From the NCBI RefSeq assembly GCF_001194135.2, contig NC_068988.1, positions 9,996,949 to 10,060,948 on the forward strand: a stretch of DNA of 64,000 nucleotides, written 5' to 3'. The stretch's first letter is position 1, and each line of letters starts with the position of its first letter. Under the pieces are notes generated by a model, which saw only the letters and a program-made list of their open reading frames with translations, was not told where the DNA came from and made no database searches. Both the position numbers and the translations under genes were made by a program. Source of the stretch: Octopus bimaculoides (taxonomy: Eukaryota). Positions 24,619 to 38,139 of the stretch are shown here, piece by piece.

Positions 24619-25605
24619 ATATAAACGATGGTCAGAAAATTAGATATTGTAAATAACTACTGCAAAGTTTTAAGTCTGTGCTCAGCGTTTAAAGACAAAC
24701 AGCACGCATATAATTAAGTTGTGCAATGCTGAAAATATACAAACTAAAACGATGTATAAATACATCAAACGCAGTTACCAAGACTTTTAACCTTCATCCA
24801 TATCATTCATGAATAACGCTACAGATATTATATAACAATAATAAAAACAAAACTGTATATATTCAAAGCAAACTGGCATGTAGTCAGTTATGAAGATAAA
24901 ACATGAAGCAATACTTAGACAGAAATACATTCATAGAATAATTCTTCAAGAGATAATAAGCCATTCTTTTTACAAAATATTGTAAATAAGAAAGAAAAGC
25001 TAAAAATAATCATTAAGAAAAGAAAACATGCTAGTTTTTGGAACAGAGAAGAGCAGGAAATATTTCACACGCAAGACTATTTTCCATAAATCCATCTCGA
25101 AACATCATAGATTGATATGACATCTATATGACAGGGGTATTGATTTCTGTCTTCTTCGGAAAATAAAATAGGTATTAGAAATATTTACAACAGCCAATCA
25201 TGCAAACGCACATGCAGGCACATTTATTAGTAATCACACGAATCACATTGATAGACATACACACATAAGTATGTATGTATATATTTATATATTTATATAT
25301 ATATATATATATATAATCTTCGCTGGTATAGTGATGGTAACACACACAAACACACTCATATATATATATATATACATGTATATATAATATATACTATACA
25401 CACACATATGCATTCATTATATAACGACATGTAATTTGTTTACCTTCTATTTCTCACTCTCTCTCTCTCACTCCCACTATCTCTCTCTCTCACTCCCACT
25501 ATCTCTCTCTCTCACTCTTTAGCTCTGAATACCTATCACACAGTACACACACATACACACGCATGTGTATAGATGTATATTTATACATGTGTGTATGTGT
25601 CTGTG

Positions 25606-25673
<68 letters not shown>

Positions 25674-26247
25674 GTGCGTGTGTCGCTTGGCAACCGGTGC
25701 TGTTGTGTTTAACATCTCGTAAATTAGCGGTAGGCAAAGGGGACCGATAGTAGTAAAAGATTAAAGAATAAATACAACAATAAAAAACACCTTTTCAATG
25801 TTACGAATGATGTTCAAAGACAAGTGAAACCTGGCACTTGTGCCGCTGGTAGTGCATCGCTTTGAAACCCGATCCAAGAAACAAGCATTGGCAGGCAAAT
25901 TATCCGACGTGCTAACCGTTCTGCCGATTCTCCTAAATTTGCTCGGTGCTTTTACTAATAGACATCCAATGAAAATAGGCCAAATATTCCATCACATAGA
26001 TTTGAACTCAGAGGGATGGCATAATAAGCATCGTTCGCAAAAATCTTTTGTCTGCTGTATCTCAGAGTATTCACTTGCTTAGGCATACACACACAAAACA
26101 ATTATGACTAAGGCTCAGACACATACACACATGTATATGAGTAAGTATTGCTTGTATATGTGGGTGTATGGATGTTTATATATATATGTGTGTGTGAGTG
26201 TGTGTTGTATGTATGTGCGTGTATATATATAGGTTATGGGGAGGTTA

Positions 26248-26347
26248 AAAACACCCAAATTGTCTGTCAAGCGATGTTGGGGGGACAACTAAACACACAA
26301 ACGTATCTATCTATCTATATTTATATCTATATCCATAAACACACACA

Positions 26348-26396
<49 letters not shown>

Positions 26397-26519
26397 GTAT
26401 ATATATATGGGCTCAAGGCTATAACCGAAGACTCTTGCCCAAGGTGGTATGCATTAGGACTGAACACGTAACCATGTGGATTGGAAGGAAGCTTTGTACC
26501 ACACATCCACGCCTACGCC
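26248..26519 (-). mobile_element. SINE family B copy
   Basis: TGTCAAGCGATGTTGGGGGGACA is shared with 561-582; CTTGCCCAAGGTG; the head ends CCACGCCTACGCC. Confidence 0.8.
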
Positions 26520-26604
26520 AGTGTGTGTGTGTGTGTGTGTGCGTATATATATATATATATATATCAGTCTATGTATCTATCGATCTATCTATCTATCTAT
26601 CTAA

Positions 26605-26687
<83 letters not shown>

Positions 26688-27219
26688 GAGAGAGAGAGAG
26701 AGGGAGAGAGAGAGAGAGAGAGAGAGAGGGAAAGAGATGTGTATGAAGATGTAGATATAAAAGTATATATATATACATATGCATGGATAGATAGATAGAT
26801 AGATAGATAGAGAGAGAGAAAGACAGACAGACAGCGACAGACATAGAGAATGTTAGATTTACAACCACAAAATGTTCTAAAATAAATTTTATACACACTG
26901 CTAGTCCATTCGCATAAATCCATCAAACATTGCTGCGTGATATCAGCTATTAAAATACATTTGTTTTATAAAAACTCATTTTGCAATAGTATACGTAATT
27001 TTATACCTATTTATTCTTGCGGAGATATCAGATAAAATAGACAATTTGAGATGCTTTGTCTATATGCAAAAATTTATGGATAAATCCCTCATTAAAGAGA
27101 ACTATACGTCAAGATTCCCTCTCCTTCTCTCCCGCCATCTCTCTCCGCCTCTCTCTTTGTGTATGTCTATGTCTACGTGTGTGTGTGCGTGTGTATGTGT
27201 GTATGAGGGTGTACATATG

Positions 27220-27305
<86 letters not shown>

Positions 27306-27599
27306 CGCGCGCACACACACCCATAAACCTACACAAATGTACAATGCATTTATAAACATACATAGATAGGTAGATAGACAGACACACAGCACTCTCACAC
27401 ATAAATACACACTCAGAAAAATACACACACACGCACGTACACACACACACACACACATGGATACTGAGTGCTTATGTGTTTTAAGCTGTTCAATCTCTCA
27501 ACATCGCATAACCCACGCACATTATTTCCGCTCGTATTCTCGTGAATTCGATTTCATTGAAATATATATATACACAAATGTGTATATATATATATATAT

Positions 27600-27770
27600 A
27601 TGGGAGAATATACAAATAATAACAACAGACGAGGACAGGTGGTGTAAATAACAAAAGTATATATTAGTATGACGCTCGGGAATACGGAAAGTCTTTGACG
27701 TTTCGAGCTACGCTCTTCAACAGAAAGAATACGGAGACAAGGAGAAAAACACGGAGAAAAAAAATTCACA
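27600..27770 (-). mobile_element. Short Penelope-terminal-repeat-like element abutting (TA)n
   Basis: Non-coding block between microsatellites that carries a minimal hammerhead-like fold. The Penelope assignment is an inference from that fold. Confidence 0.45.
27692..27728 (-). ncRNA. Minimal type-I hammerhead-like motif (A6U variant)
   Basis: Minus strand TCTTT-CTGTTGA-A-GAGC-GTA-GCTC-GAAAC-GTC-AAAGA: 5-bp stem I, 4-bp stem II, ACGT palindrome in place of stem III, GUC triplet. Confidence 0.55.
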
Positions 27771-29974
27771 CACAGACATACACTTATTCACACTCTCACA
27801 CATTCACGTGCACACGCACGGACACGCGCGCACGAGCACCCAAATATGTTTGTTGCGTGTATGAATGTGTGTTGCAGCGTGAGTGTATCTGTGAACGCTT
27901 GAGTTTTGGATTGCTGTGTAGTTGAAACTATTCGTTCTTTGCGCCAGTACCACATATTTTGTCTTCAAATGTATTAAAAGTGTAACCTCAATTCGGTGGA
28001 ATGATTTTGTTTTCAATAGCTCCATTCTTCCTTCGCTGATTCAATATTTTTGCAGTGGATTTCAAAAATCTGTGAGCAATGAATTTGTTATGAGAGAGAG
28101 AGAGAGAAAAAAGAAAGAATAACAAGACACTGAGAGGGAGGGATCAACAGACACGTTATACTAGTTTGAGGCCTTGGAAAAATGGTAAAACTCTTTAATG
28201 TTTCGAACTTAGGCATTTCTACGCAGAAGAACGAAGAGACAAAACAAATGGAGACAGGAAAATGAGATTTAAAAAAACCGTGTTGTATCAACATGTTAAA
28301 TTCTCTGTCTCTTTCCGTCTCTCTTTCTCTGTCTTTGTCTGTCTGTCTCTCCCTCTCTCTCCCCCCTCTCTCTCTTTATGAATACATACATCCCCAACTC
28401 TCCATTTTTTAATCTTATATATATATAAACGGATATAAAGAGTATAAAGATATGACTTTTAAAGTTCCTTAGTTTTTGATTTGGATCCCTTCAAGGAAAG
28501 ATGTAAACTTCTGTTTTGGGATAGTAGGTCTATAAGTACATATACAACTAGTAGCATTATATATTGGGATGAAAAACACTTTTGGACAGAAAAGATATTC
28601 GAACGCTGCGCGTGGGCCCGGAAACTTCATCTCCTCTAGACATGGCAGATTTCTAACATTGCCCGAAGTTAATCTTGCGTATTTATCCATTTTACAACAT
28701 CTTACCATCCAAAATAATATTCTTTTGACGACCTCTCGAAATAGAATACTTATGTGGTCAACATTGTGCAACTTTTGCAGCAAAGAATAAAGTCTCGAAA
28801 GAAATCTGAAAGATTGCTTTTAATCAAATGTGAGAATGGCACCTATGTCTGCAGGAGATATGAGCTTGAGTCCCACAAGCAGCCTTCGACATTTTGTAAC
28901 CACATGTGATATTTATCCCCAAATTTACATATAATACGTTTATATGCGTTTCGAGAACCACTATTTCTCCCCACAAATTATTTCATGGTATCACGAAAGT
29001 TTGTAACATTCAAACTACAACAAAAAAATATATACATACATATATATCTGTGCGTATAGAGATAGACAGAAAAATCGTAGAGATAATAAGAGACGGAGAT
29101 TTTTCAGGTATCGAAACAAGCAATTATACTTTGTAACTTTATAAGAAGTTAGAATCATAAAAGATCGTTAAAAATTGTATAAATATGCAATAAATAGCAA
29201 TCACTGAATGCGCTCAAAGAAAATATATATGCTACTTTAAAGATGTATAACGAATGTTAAATAAATATAGATGAATAAGAAATATCTTTACAGTAAATGA
29301 CATAGAAATGAGATTGAAGTTTACATCTGTTTGCATTCCAGGCTTGTAACATATATGCATATACATGCGTTTGTGCAGTTCGTATACTGCGCACATGTGT
29401 ATGTGAGTATATGAGTGTGTGCATCTGTTTTTGTGTGAGGCTGAATGTGTGAAATGTGTGTGTCCGTGTGTGAGTGTGAGCATGAGTGTGTGATCATGAG
29501 TGTGTGAGCATGAGTGTGTGAGCATATGTCATTGTACACATAGATATATATAACAAGCACCCATCCATATACAATAAAATATAAATTGTTTTAGCCAAAC
29601 ATTGCACGATTTTCGGTGCATTTTCTTCAGAGACTATCCATTTGGCGAGTGTCGAACCGAACTGAGTGGGGTTAGTATTTTGGTAGTTAGTGCTCGGTAG
29701 GACGTGTGTGTTTCTAGTGGGAGATATTTTGAACTTGAAATATCTGTTTGTAAACTTGTGCAGTTTATCTCAAATTCACATCTGTTGCGTCCGATGTCAC
29801 GTTTGGTCTTATTAAGTCAATGTTGATGTTAGTGTTTTCGCATGGCCTCTTATTTAGTTTGGTGGTTGAACATACTGTAGCTTTGATTTTAAGTGTGGTA
29901 CCTGTAGTGTAAATTCTTTAATTGTACATATATTCATTTTCTTGGATATTTTATTAATGTATATATATATATAA

Positions 29975-30075
29975 CTGGAGCAACGTGAGAGTGAAATGTA
30001 TTGCTAAAGGACTCAACACGTCGCCGGGAATTCAACTCACAACCTTGTGATCATGAACCGAATATGCAAACACGT
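29975..30075 (-). mobile_element. SINE family C 5' fragment
   Basis: AACTGGAGCAACGTGA...GGACTCAAC...CCGGGAATTCAACTCACAACCTTGTGATC resembles 4600-4690. Confidence 0.6.
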
Positions 30076-30268
30076 CATGAATCAAAAATCAAAAGTTGCA
30101 TTAGTTATTCTGTAATACATAATACTAAGATTGATGCAATCGAATTTAGATGAAACAATTGTAAACTGATGTATGAATAAGTTTTGCACGCTCCTTTCCT
30201 TTTCTTGTAATTATTCACACGTACGCACGTGCACACGCATGCACACATATGTGCAGAGAAGAAGAGCG

Positions 30269-30360
<92 letters not shown>

Positions 30361-30540
30361 GGAGAAAGAGGGGGAAAGAGAAAGGGAACAGCATAATGCA
30401 GCATTTGCATAATCTGATGTAAACTCCATTTATTCTTAAACTATATCAACATGTTACATCTGCTGTAACTTTTAAGATTTGTATTTCCTGCTAATGAATA
30501 TATTTTTAATGCAGTGTAGCTGGTAGATTATTTTCTGATG

Positions 30541-30580
<40 letters not shown>

Positions 30581-30590
30581 NNNNNNNNNN

Positions 30591-30645
<55 letters not shown>

Positions 30646-31304
30646 ACACACATGCTCGCACACACACAAACGCCCACATATATATTTATTTCTTTATACA
30701 TACGAGTATGATCATATCTATATGTTCATATGTATGTACGCACATTCAGACATATATGGAGAAATGTAAATATATGAAAGTGTTTCGCACCGCTTGTGTC
30801 CTTAACATTCCTCTTCCTTTCTTCCCATTTGTGACACAGGTAATTTAATCTAAGGCAGCTGCATCTGTTTCAGTGATATCATAGAATGCTAATTAACATT
30901 CAACAATTGTCAGAACTAATTGAATATTAAGTTTAAAAGTACCCTGTCTTGCAAAACTTATTTAAATAACCTCTACATTGTATAAATAAAATAACCATCC
31001 GATGTTCAATTTGAACCATACAAAACCCTAACAATAACTATCGTGTTTTACTACAAATTTTTTTGTTTTTGTTTTTGTCTCTGTATAGCACACCCAAGTA
31101 CACATGTACAACTACATACACACACACGCTTATATATATATATATNNNNNNNNNNNNNNNNNNNNNNNNNNNNNNNNNNNNNNNNNNNNNNNNNNNNNNN
31201 NNNNNNNNNNNNNNNNNNNNNNNNNNNNNNNNNNNNNNNNNNNNNNNNNNNNNNNNNNNNNNNNNNNNNNNNNNNNNNNNNNNNNNNNNNNNNNNNNNNN
31301 NNNN

Positions 31305-31441
31305 TGGTAACTAATTTATCGACCCCGAAAGGGTGAAAAGCAAAGTCGACCTGGTCGGAATTTGAACTCAGAACGTAAAGATAGACGAAATACCGGTAAG
31401 CATTTCACCGGGCATGTTAAAGATTCTGACAGATCACCGCC

Positions 31442-31442
<1 letters not shown>
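31305..31442 (-). mobile_element. SINE family A copy truncated by a gap, head abutting (AAT)n at 31443-31481
   Basis: TTTATCGACCCCGAAAGGGTGAAAAGCAAAGTCGACC...GAATTTGAACTCAGAACG. Confidence 0.85.
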
Positions 31443-31482
<40 letters not shown>

Positions 31483-31521
31483 CTGAGAACGTTGGATAAA
31501 ACATATGCATATATATATATA

Positions 31522-31579
<58 letters not shown>

Positions 31580-31585
31580 AGGGGG

Positions 31586-31624
<39 letters not shown>

Positions 31625-33630
31625 TCTCAGTAATATATGTATATATAATAGAGAATGAAATCCACTTGAGACATAAATCTATATGCACGTGTATGTTTGT
31701 GTTCGTATGTGTATGAATAGATAATGGTAGCGCAACAATTGTTTTTAAATATCGTCTCCGTATATTTATACATATAACAATTAATTCATATATTTTATAC
31801 AATAACGGCTATAATTCAATACCGCAGAGGATAAATTAGATCCTACAAAATAAGCTTTACTCTAATCTGACGTTTATAGAAAATTGGCAATGCCGGAAAT
31901 TTTAGGAAAATCAATTAGTCTTCGAAATTACAATTTAAATATCCTCTGTATGTGGTTAAAATTTTTCATTTAAATTTCAATATAATTTACAGAAAGAATC
32001 ACTGCAAACCAGGTATTAGCTCGTTCTCTGTCCACCGTATTTAAAATACCTATTAAGCTTGATATTAGTGAAATAAACGAGAAAATATTTCGAAGATATT
32101 TGCTATTAAAGAATTAAAGGGATTTCTTAATAGTTTGTCTGCTGTTGTCTAATCCGATCAGGACAAATACCACTTTCGTACAGTAAATATATATTATAAT
32201 TACATTCCCTAATCAATGTGTATATGAAATTAATTCTCTCCTTCACCCGCTTAATATGCCTTCTAGAGATTCTTCATCTATGCCGAACGGAATGTTTTTC
32301 CTGTTTCTGCACGATATTTTTGACTTCTGTATTCATTGTTGCATTAATATATGCATAGTAAGCACACAGGGATGTAGACATTGACACACGTACATGAATG
32401 CACGTCAAAATGCAGGTAGATGCAGCAAGGCCGCATGATGAAGAAGTTTATTTCGTATTCTTCAGTTTCCAGGTTCGATCTCACCGTATGTCATCTACAC
32501 GAATGTCATTTCTTTCATTTTCATATCAACCACACACACACACACACACACACGCACANNNNNNNNNNNNNNNNNNNNNNNNNNNNNNNNNNNNNNNNNN
32601 NNNNNNNNNNNNNNNNNNNNNNNNNNNNNNNNNNNNNNNNNNNNNNNNNNNNNNNNNNNNNNNNNNNNNNNNNNNNNNNNNNNNNNNNNNNNNNNNNNNN
32701 NNNNNNNNNNNNNNNNNNNNNNNNNNNNNNNNNNNNNNNNNNNNNNNNNNNNNNNNNNNNNNNNNNNNNNNNNNNNNNNNNNNNNNNNNNNNNNNNNNNN
32801 NNNNNNNNNNNNNNNNNNNNNNNNNNNNNNNNNNNNNNNNNNNNNNNNNNNNNNNNNNNNNNNNNNNNNNNNNNNNNNNNNNNNNNNNNNNNNNNNNNNN
32901 NNNNNNNNNNNNNNNNNNNNNNNNNNNNNNNNNNNNNNNNNNNNNNNNNNNNNNNNNNNNNNNNNNNNNNNNNNNNNNNNNNNNNNNNNNNNNNNNNNNN
33001 NNNNNNNNNNNNNNNNNNNNNNNNNNNNNNNNNNNNNNNNNNNNNNNNNNNNNNNNNNNNNNNNNNNNNNNNNNNNNNNNNNNNNNNNNNNNNNNNNNNN
33101 NNNNNNNNNNNNNNNNNNNNNNNNNNNNNNNNNNNNNNNNNNNNNNNNNNNNNNNNNNNNNNNNNNNNNNNNNNNNNNNNNNNNNNNNNNNNNNNNNNNN
33201 NNNNNNNNNNNNNNNNNNNNNNNNNNNNNNNNNNNNNNNNNNNNNNNNNNNNNNNNNNNNNNNNNNNNNNNNNNNNNNNNNNNNNNNNNNNNNNNNNNNN
33301 NNNNNNNNNNNNNNNNNNNNNNNNNNNNNNNNNNTATATATATTCCCAGTTCCAGAAGTCTGAAGCAGTTGGTTTCCAGTTAGGGACCCCCGAGACTCGA
33401 AGCAGCACAGAAACCGAATCAAACTGTTTTAAATAATATATGTAACCCTTACTAAATTTGTTGAGTACCGTTTTCATTCTTTTGTCCACTCATTTGTATA
33501 TAAACATGCGTGTGTGAAGGTGGGGTGGTGGTGCGCGCGTGTATATGTGTGTTTGTGTGTGGGGGTACGTGCGCGCGCGCGTCTGGTTTTATGCAAAAAT
33601 ATGACACGTTTTAAATACAAAGCGATTTCT

Positions 33631-34560
33631 TCAATCAATGATACGATTAACCTTTCCTTTTGTAATCTTGCGAGAAGATCCATTGTTCCCTGCTGAAAGA
33701 ATTTCCTGTTTTTCCTGGCGAAAAACTCTTCCAGATCAATTTTTTGTATCCGCTTGAGGTTTCAACATCGGTCCATTTAATTAATTTTAAAGAGACTGAA
33801 ACGTGGAAATTTGAAGGTAGAAGGTTGAGCGAATATGGAAAGCACAGTTAACGCCTGCTGCCGTGAAGCACTGCCGTGATGAAAGACAATCCCTATATGA
33901 TTATCCAGTACTTGACAATTTGTTGAATTGATGTGTTTAATTTGTCAAGCTATTCACAATACACACCCGAATTCATGGTCCTGTCCTTGAGAAGACTCTC
34001 GTAAAAGATAACACCCTTCAAATCCCATCAAATAAAAAACATAAACTTCTTCGAGTGGAGTCTTGCTTTGATGGTCCAGCGCTCTTCCCCCGTGATCGTG
34101 GTATGTCTCAAGCTACTGCTATCTTGCACCTTCGGATGATCTCTACTCAACCGCTACAAGACGGCTACTCAACTCCTCTACCACGGCTAGACTACCTCTT
34201 TTTATATGTCTTGGGCGGTCCTACTTCTTCGCTTGGGGGGTGTCGACACAACAGCTCGTTTGCACTTCGTATTGTTATAGACGATCCATTGTTTTGATAC
34301 CTGTCACCATTCTCTCCAAAGAGAGAATCGCCTCTTCATGTATCCGCAACGAATCGCAGACGGAAATCTGGTAGACGAAGCTGTTATTCGATTCATGCAA
34401 GACCAAATTTTGTGACTGCTGACGTAACCAAATCGGACAGATTGGTTTCAACATCCGATTTGAATATATGAAATATAAACTCGATCACTCTGTTTGTATA
34501 ACGGAGTTTGGTTAATTTTAGTTGATCGGCTAGAATGAGCAGCGTCATGGACCAAAATAT
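33631..34560 (-). pseudogene. Decayed mariner (Tc1/mariner, D,D34D-type) transposase
   Basis: Minus-strand pieces in the expected order: DAAHSSRST (DAPRSGRP), GYVSSHKIW (before WVPHEL), ISVCDSLR..LERMVTG, WIVYNNTKCKR, KARLHSKKFMFFI*WDLKGVIFYE..TMNSGVYCE*LDKL, a GIVFHHDNA-like segment, PYSLNLLPSNFH.FQSL (YSPDLAPSD), LEEFFARK..FFQQG. Stops, frameshifts and altered catalytic Asp positions indicate a dead copy. Confidence 0.9.
34099..34253 (-). mobile_element. 155-bp solo-LTR-like insertion inside the mariner
   Basis: It interrupts the mariner between KCKR and the PKA.LH region. Termini are TG...CA (TGTTG...TACCA on the minus strand); flanks GATCG (34094-34098) and GCTCG (34254-34258) match at 4 of 5 positions; an internal TATA-like CATATAAAAAG is present. 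Confidence 0.55.
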
Positions 34561-35485
34561 TTCCCAATCGAAATCATGAAAACCACATCTGACACAGCAG
34601 TTTCTCTGCTCTCAACACACATGATCATGCAGGTTTCCGTTGCTTTCTTGCTTCTTAAAGAAAAAAAAAAAAAACGAAAAAAACATGATGTGTCGATAAT
34701 GTTCGATTTGGCTCCCCCTTTTCAGAGTGATTCCTATTACACGAAATACAATTTCACATCGAATTACGTTGAAGTAGAAGAGTGCATGCACAAGGGACAG
34801 ACTTAGAATGCATAAAGTGTCAACAGAAACCGAACGGACTTTTTGACCACACAATATATCTATCTATAATATAATTGTGTATGTGTGCCCGTGTGTGTGT
34901 CTGTGTGTATGTGTGCGTGTGTGTGTAAGTGTTTGTGTGTGTATGTGTGTAGTTGTGTGTATATGTTTTCATGCTTGTAAATTAGGAGAGTGACATGGAG
35001 GTGAGTAATGTTACCGGGACCAACAACATCGAAAACCTGTTATCCTTACTATAGATAGGGATGTCAAAACTTCAACGAAGTTCATGTTATTTTATATTTT
35101 CGGGTATTTATAATGTTGCAAATACAGGTACCATATTAGTCTGGCATTATACTACTTCATTAAATTCCATAACATTTACTTACCACATCTTTACTTTCAA
35201 CTATTTGTTACTGGATGTATTTGTGCATATATGCATGCATACATACATGCATACATATAAAATTTATACTTATATACAAAAATACATACGTACATGAATA
35301 TATATATATATATAATGAAATGCTATTTGGTACAAACAGATTTGCAATAGCGTTGCATTTAGAACATCCATCCATCAGTTAGCATTACAGAACACCGAAC
35401 ACAATTTTAAGACACCATGTTGATTCAAGAATTTCTAAATCCAAAATGTACCGTGTGCTGTTCTTTCAGGAATAAACACTATGTT

Positions 35486-35503
35486 CTACTACTACTACTA
35501 CTA

Positions 35504-35576
<73 letters not shown>
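35486..35576. repeat. (CTA)n microsatellite
   Basis: Read directly. Confidence 0.95.
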
Positions 35577-37049
35577 AAAGGCCAATATCGTACCTCAGCA
35601 CTCGATGTGTAATCTGTCTCATACGTTTTAATTGCTTTTTCCTTTCACGTGCATTTTTCTGCTCCATCATTCCCCCCCCCCCCCTTGTCTCTGTGAATTG
35701 ACCAAGAATACTTTATATTTTTGTCTTTTCCGTACAAGGTATGTAGCATCTCTCAACTATTTCTTTTGTCTCGACAGTATTTGGATGACTCTTACTGCAG
35801 TTGCGGAATAGACGTTCATTGATAAATTGACGGTTGCACTGTAATATATGACATATATATTTCTATAAATGTATTAAAATTATGAGTTTTGACATTCTAA
35901 GTAATTCTGTTATCCGCGAACTTTTCCGTGTCTTATTGTGTTCAAGTAATGCATCTTACTAATACTAGCCAGCCTATAGACAATCCACTGCAATAATTAC
36001 AACACCATTGAAAATGGTGAATTATTATGGAACCAGTTGAAATATGATGTGTATATGAACAAGTTATCTTCCTTTCAACTAGAAATTATTGAAGTCCATT
36101 GATCTACTTAAAGTTTATTAGACATTAGTGCTTTATTTCGATTGAAATAATAATTAAGAACGCTGCTGCCAACCAATCAGAAAAGAGTGACGATTCAGGA
36201 CCGCTTGAGTAATATATCTTTCATCAGATCTATTAAACTAAAAACAGCAGACGTCTTTTGATGTCTAATGATAAGTCACATAGTTATGGCATTTAATTTA
36301 TTTGTGAAAAATGGTTTATTCATTAATTGTATTTATCAAGAAATGTGTTGGGGAGACAAAATTAAACTTGTGTTAGAGATGAAAAATATACAGCAGCAGA
36401 TTTGGTAGTGAACGGAAATGAGGTCTTTGTAAAATTACAATACGCCATAATGCGTTTCGAGATCAAATTCCACAGAATAAAATTCTATTTTCGTTTCACT
36501 AGAATTGACGATATAAATATCAGTCGCATATCTGTTCTTTTACACTTTCACTGAGCGATGGAAAAGATTTATTCTGCAACCTTTTCCCCTGGAAACGTTT
36601 CTTATAAAAAATTATGGCCTGTTACAAAGGTCTATGATCAGGCAGTATTAACTTCATCGGTTTCTTTAAACAGGTATATGGGCACAAACACATATTTCAC
36701 CTACATATGTTTCCTGCTATTTAAAAAGTTCTTTCAGAACCATGAATGCATTTTGTGTTCCGACTTTTAGTTTCCCAACACGTATGTTTTCATTGATCTC
36801 GAAAAATGAAAATATCATTAGAGTTATTATATTACTAACCAATATACTGGTTTGTGATAGATTGTTGGAATCGATAGAACACCGAAGAAATTACTTTCTG
36901 ATCTCGCTTCAAGTCTTGAGTCAAATTTCTGCTGAGGTAATTTTTTTCCTGTCACCCTTGTCCATTCGATAAAATAAAATATCAGTAAATCCACGAGGCT
37001 GCTTTATTACAATTAAGCCTTCTCACTTTATGTGTGACCATATGCCTAT

Positions 37050-38025
37050 ATTAAAGATGAATATTAATATCATGATAACCTTTCAGAATCGAGTTAAGTC
37101 CTTTTAGTTCCTAGTTGAACAGTACTCAGTTGTCGGCTAAATAGACGAGCCATTACACCGGATTCATAAAATCAGTGACGTACTGGAGACATTTGAATTA
37201 GAACATACCTTCGTCCCTGTATTCATGGCTTTCTGCTGGAGTTTTAAATAATTGTTATTGTCTGTTTTCATTCTCTGTTTTCAAGAGCAACACTCTGACA
37301 CAGAAGAAGTTTATCGATTGTAGAAGTGGTTATGCGTTGCATAACAGCATATTTTTGTTATCTCGGTTCGTATTTTGAAGTTTGTTAAAAGTATGTTAAT
37401 GAACCAGCCGTTCTTGTTTATTGTGACATTATTATAATTAATAGTACTGGAACACAATTGCGTAAGATATGCATTATGTAACATTTGTAATCTTACTTAG
37501 AAACGTGCTCAGAGACTATAATTGTTATTTTGCATGTGTTTCGTATATTATTTATCACAGCGTGTTCCCCCGCCATTGTTAGTACCATTTTCGTTTTCAT
37601 ACTTCTTTATATCCCTTTCAAAATAATTGAACTTTGATAGATTTTCAGAACCTTTTGAATCACATTTTATTAGGAAAGTGCTGCAATGATCACCAGAGTT
37701 CGCAGGTCTTCCTTTCAGTCTGTTATTATGTGTGGTAGGTTGGCTTTGATCTCCTTTCTGATCTGGACAACTATGCGCTTGAATACTGTAATCATATCAT
37801 TGTCAAATACCGGATATAGTGAGCACATTTTTTTTTACCATTATATTTAGTTTTAATGTGAAACCCTTTAGATAAGGCGCAATGGCTACTCCTTACCTAT
37901 CATGTTTATGAATAACCACATGCATAAATACATACACATACATATATAGACATTAAAACATGTATATATACATATAAATTGCATGGGTATATGACTACAC
38001 ACACACACGTATAATATATATATAT

Positions 38026-38070
<45 letters not shown>

Positions 38071-38101
38071 NNNNNNNNNNNNNNNNNNNNNNNNNNNNNN
38101 N

Positions 38102-38139
<38 letters not shown>

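Noticed and set aside
28469-28800. Overlapping 104-aa (minus) and 73-aa (plus) ORFs, with a possible 100-nt minus exon
   Set aside because: No recognisable homology, and the splice signals are not distinguishable from background.
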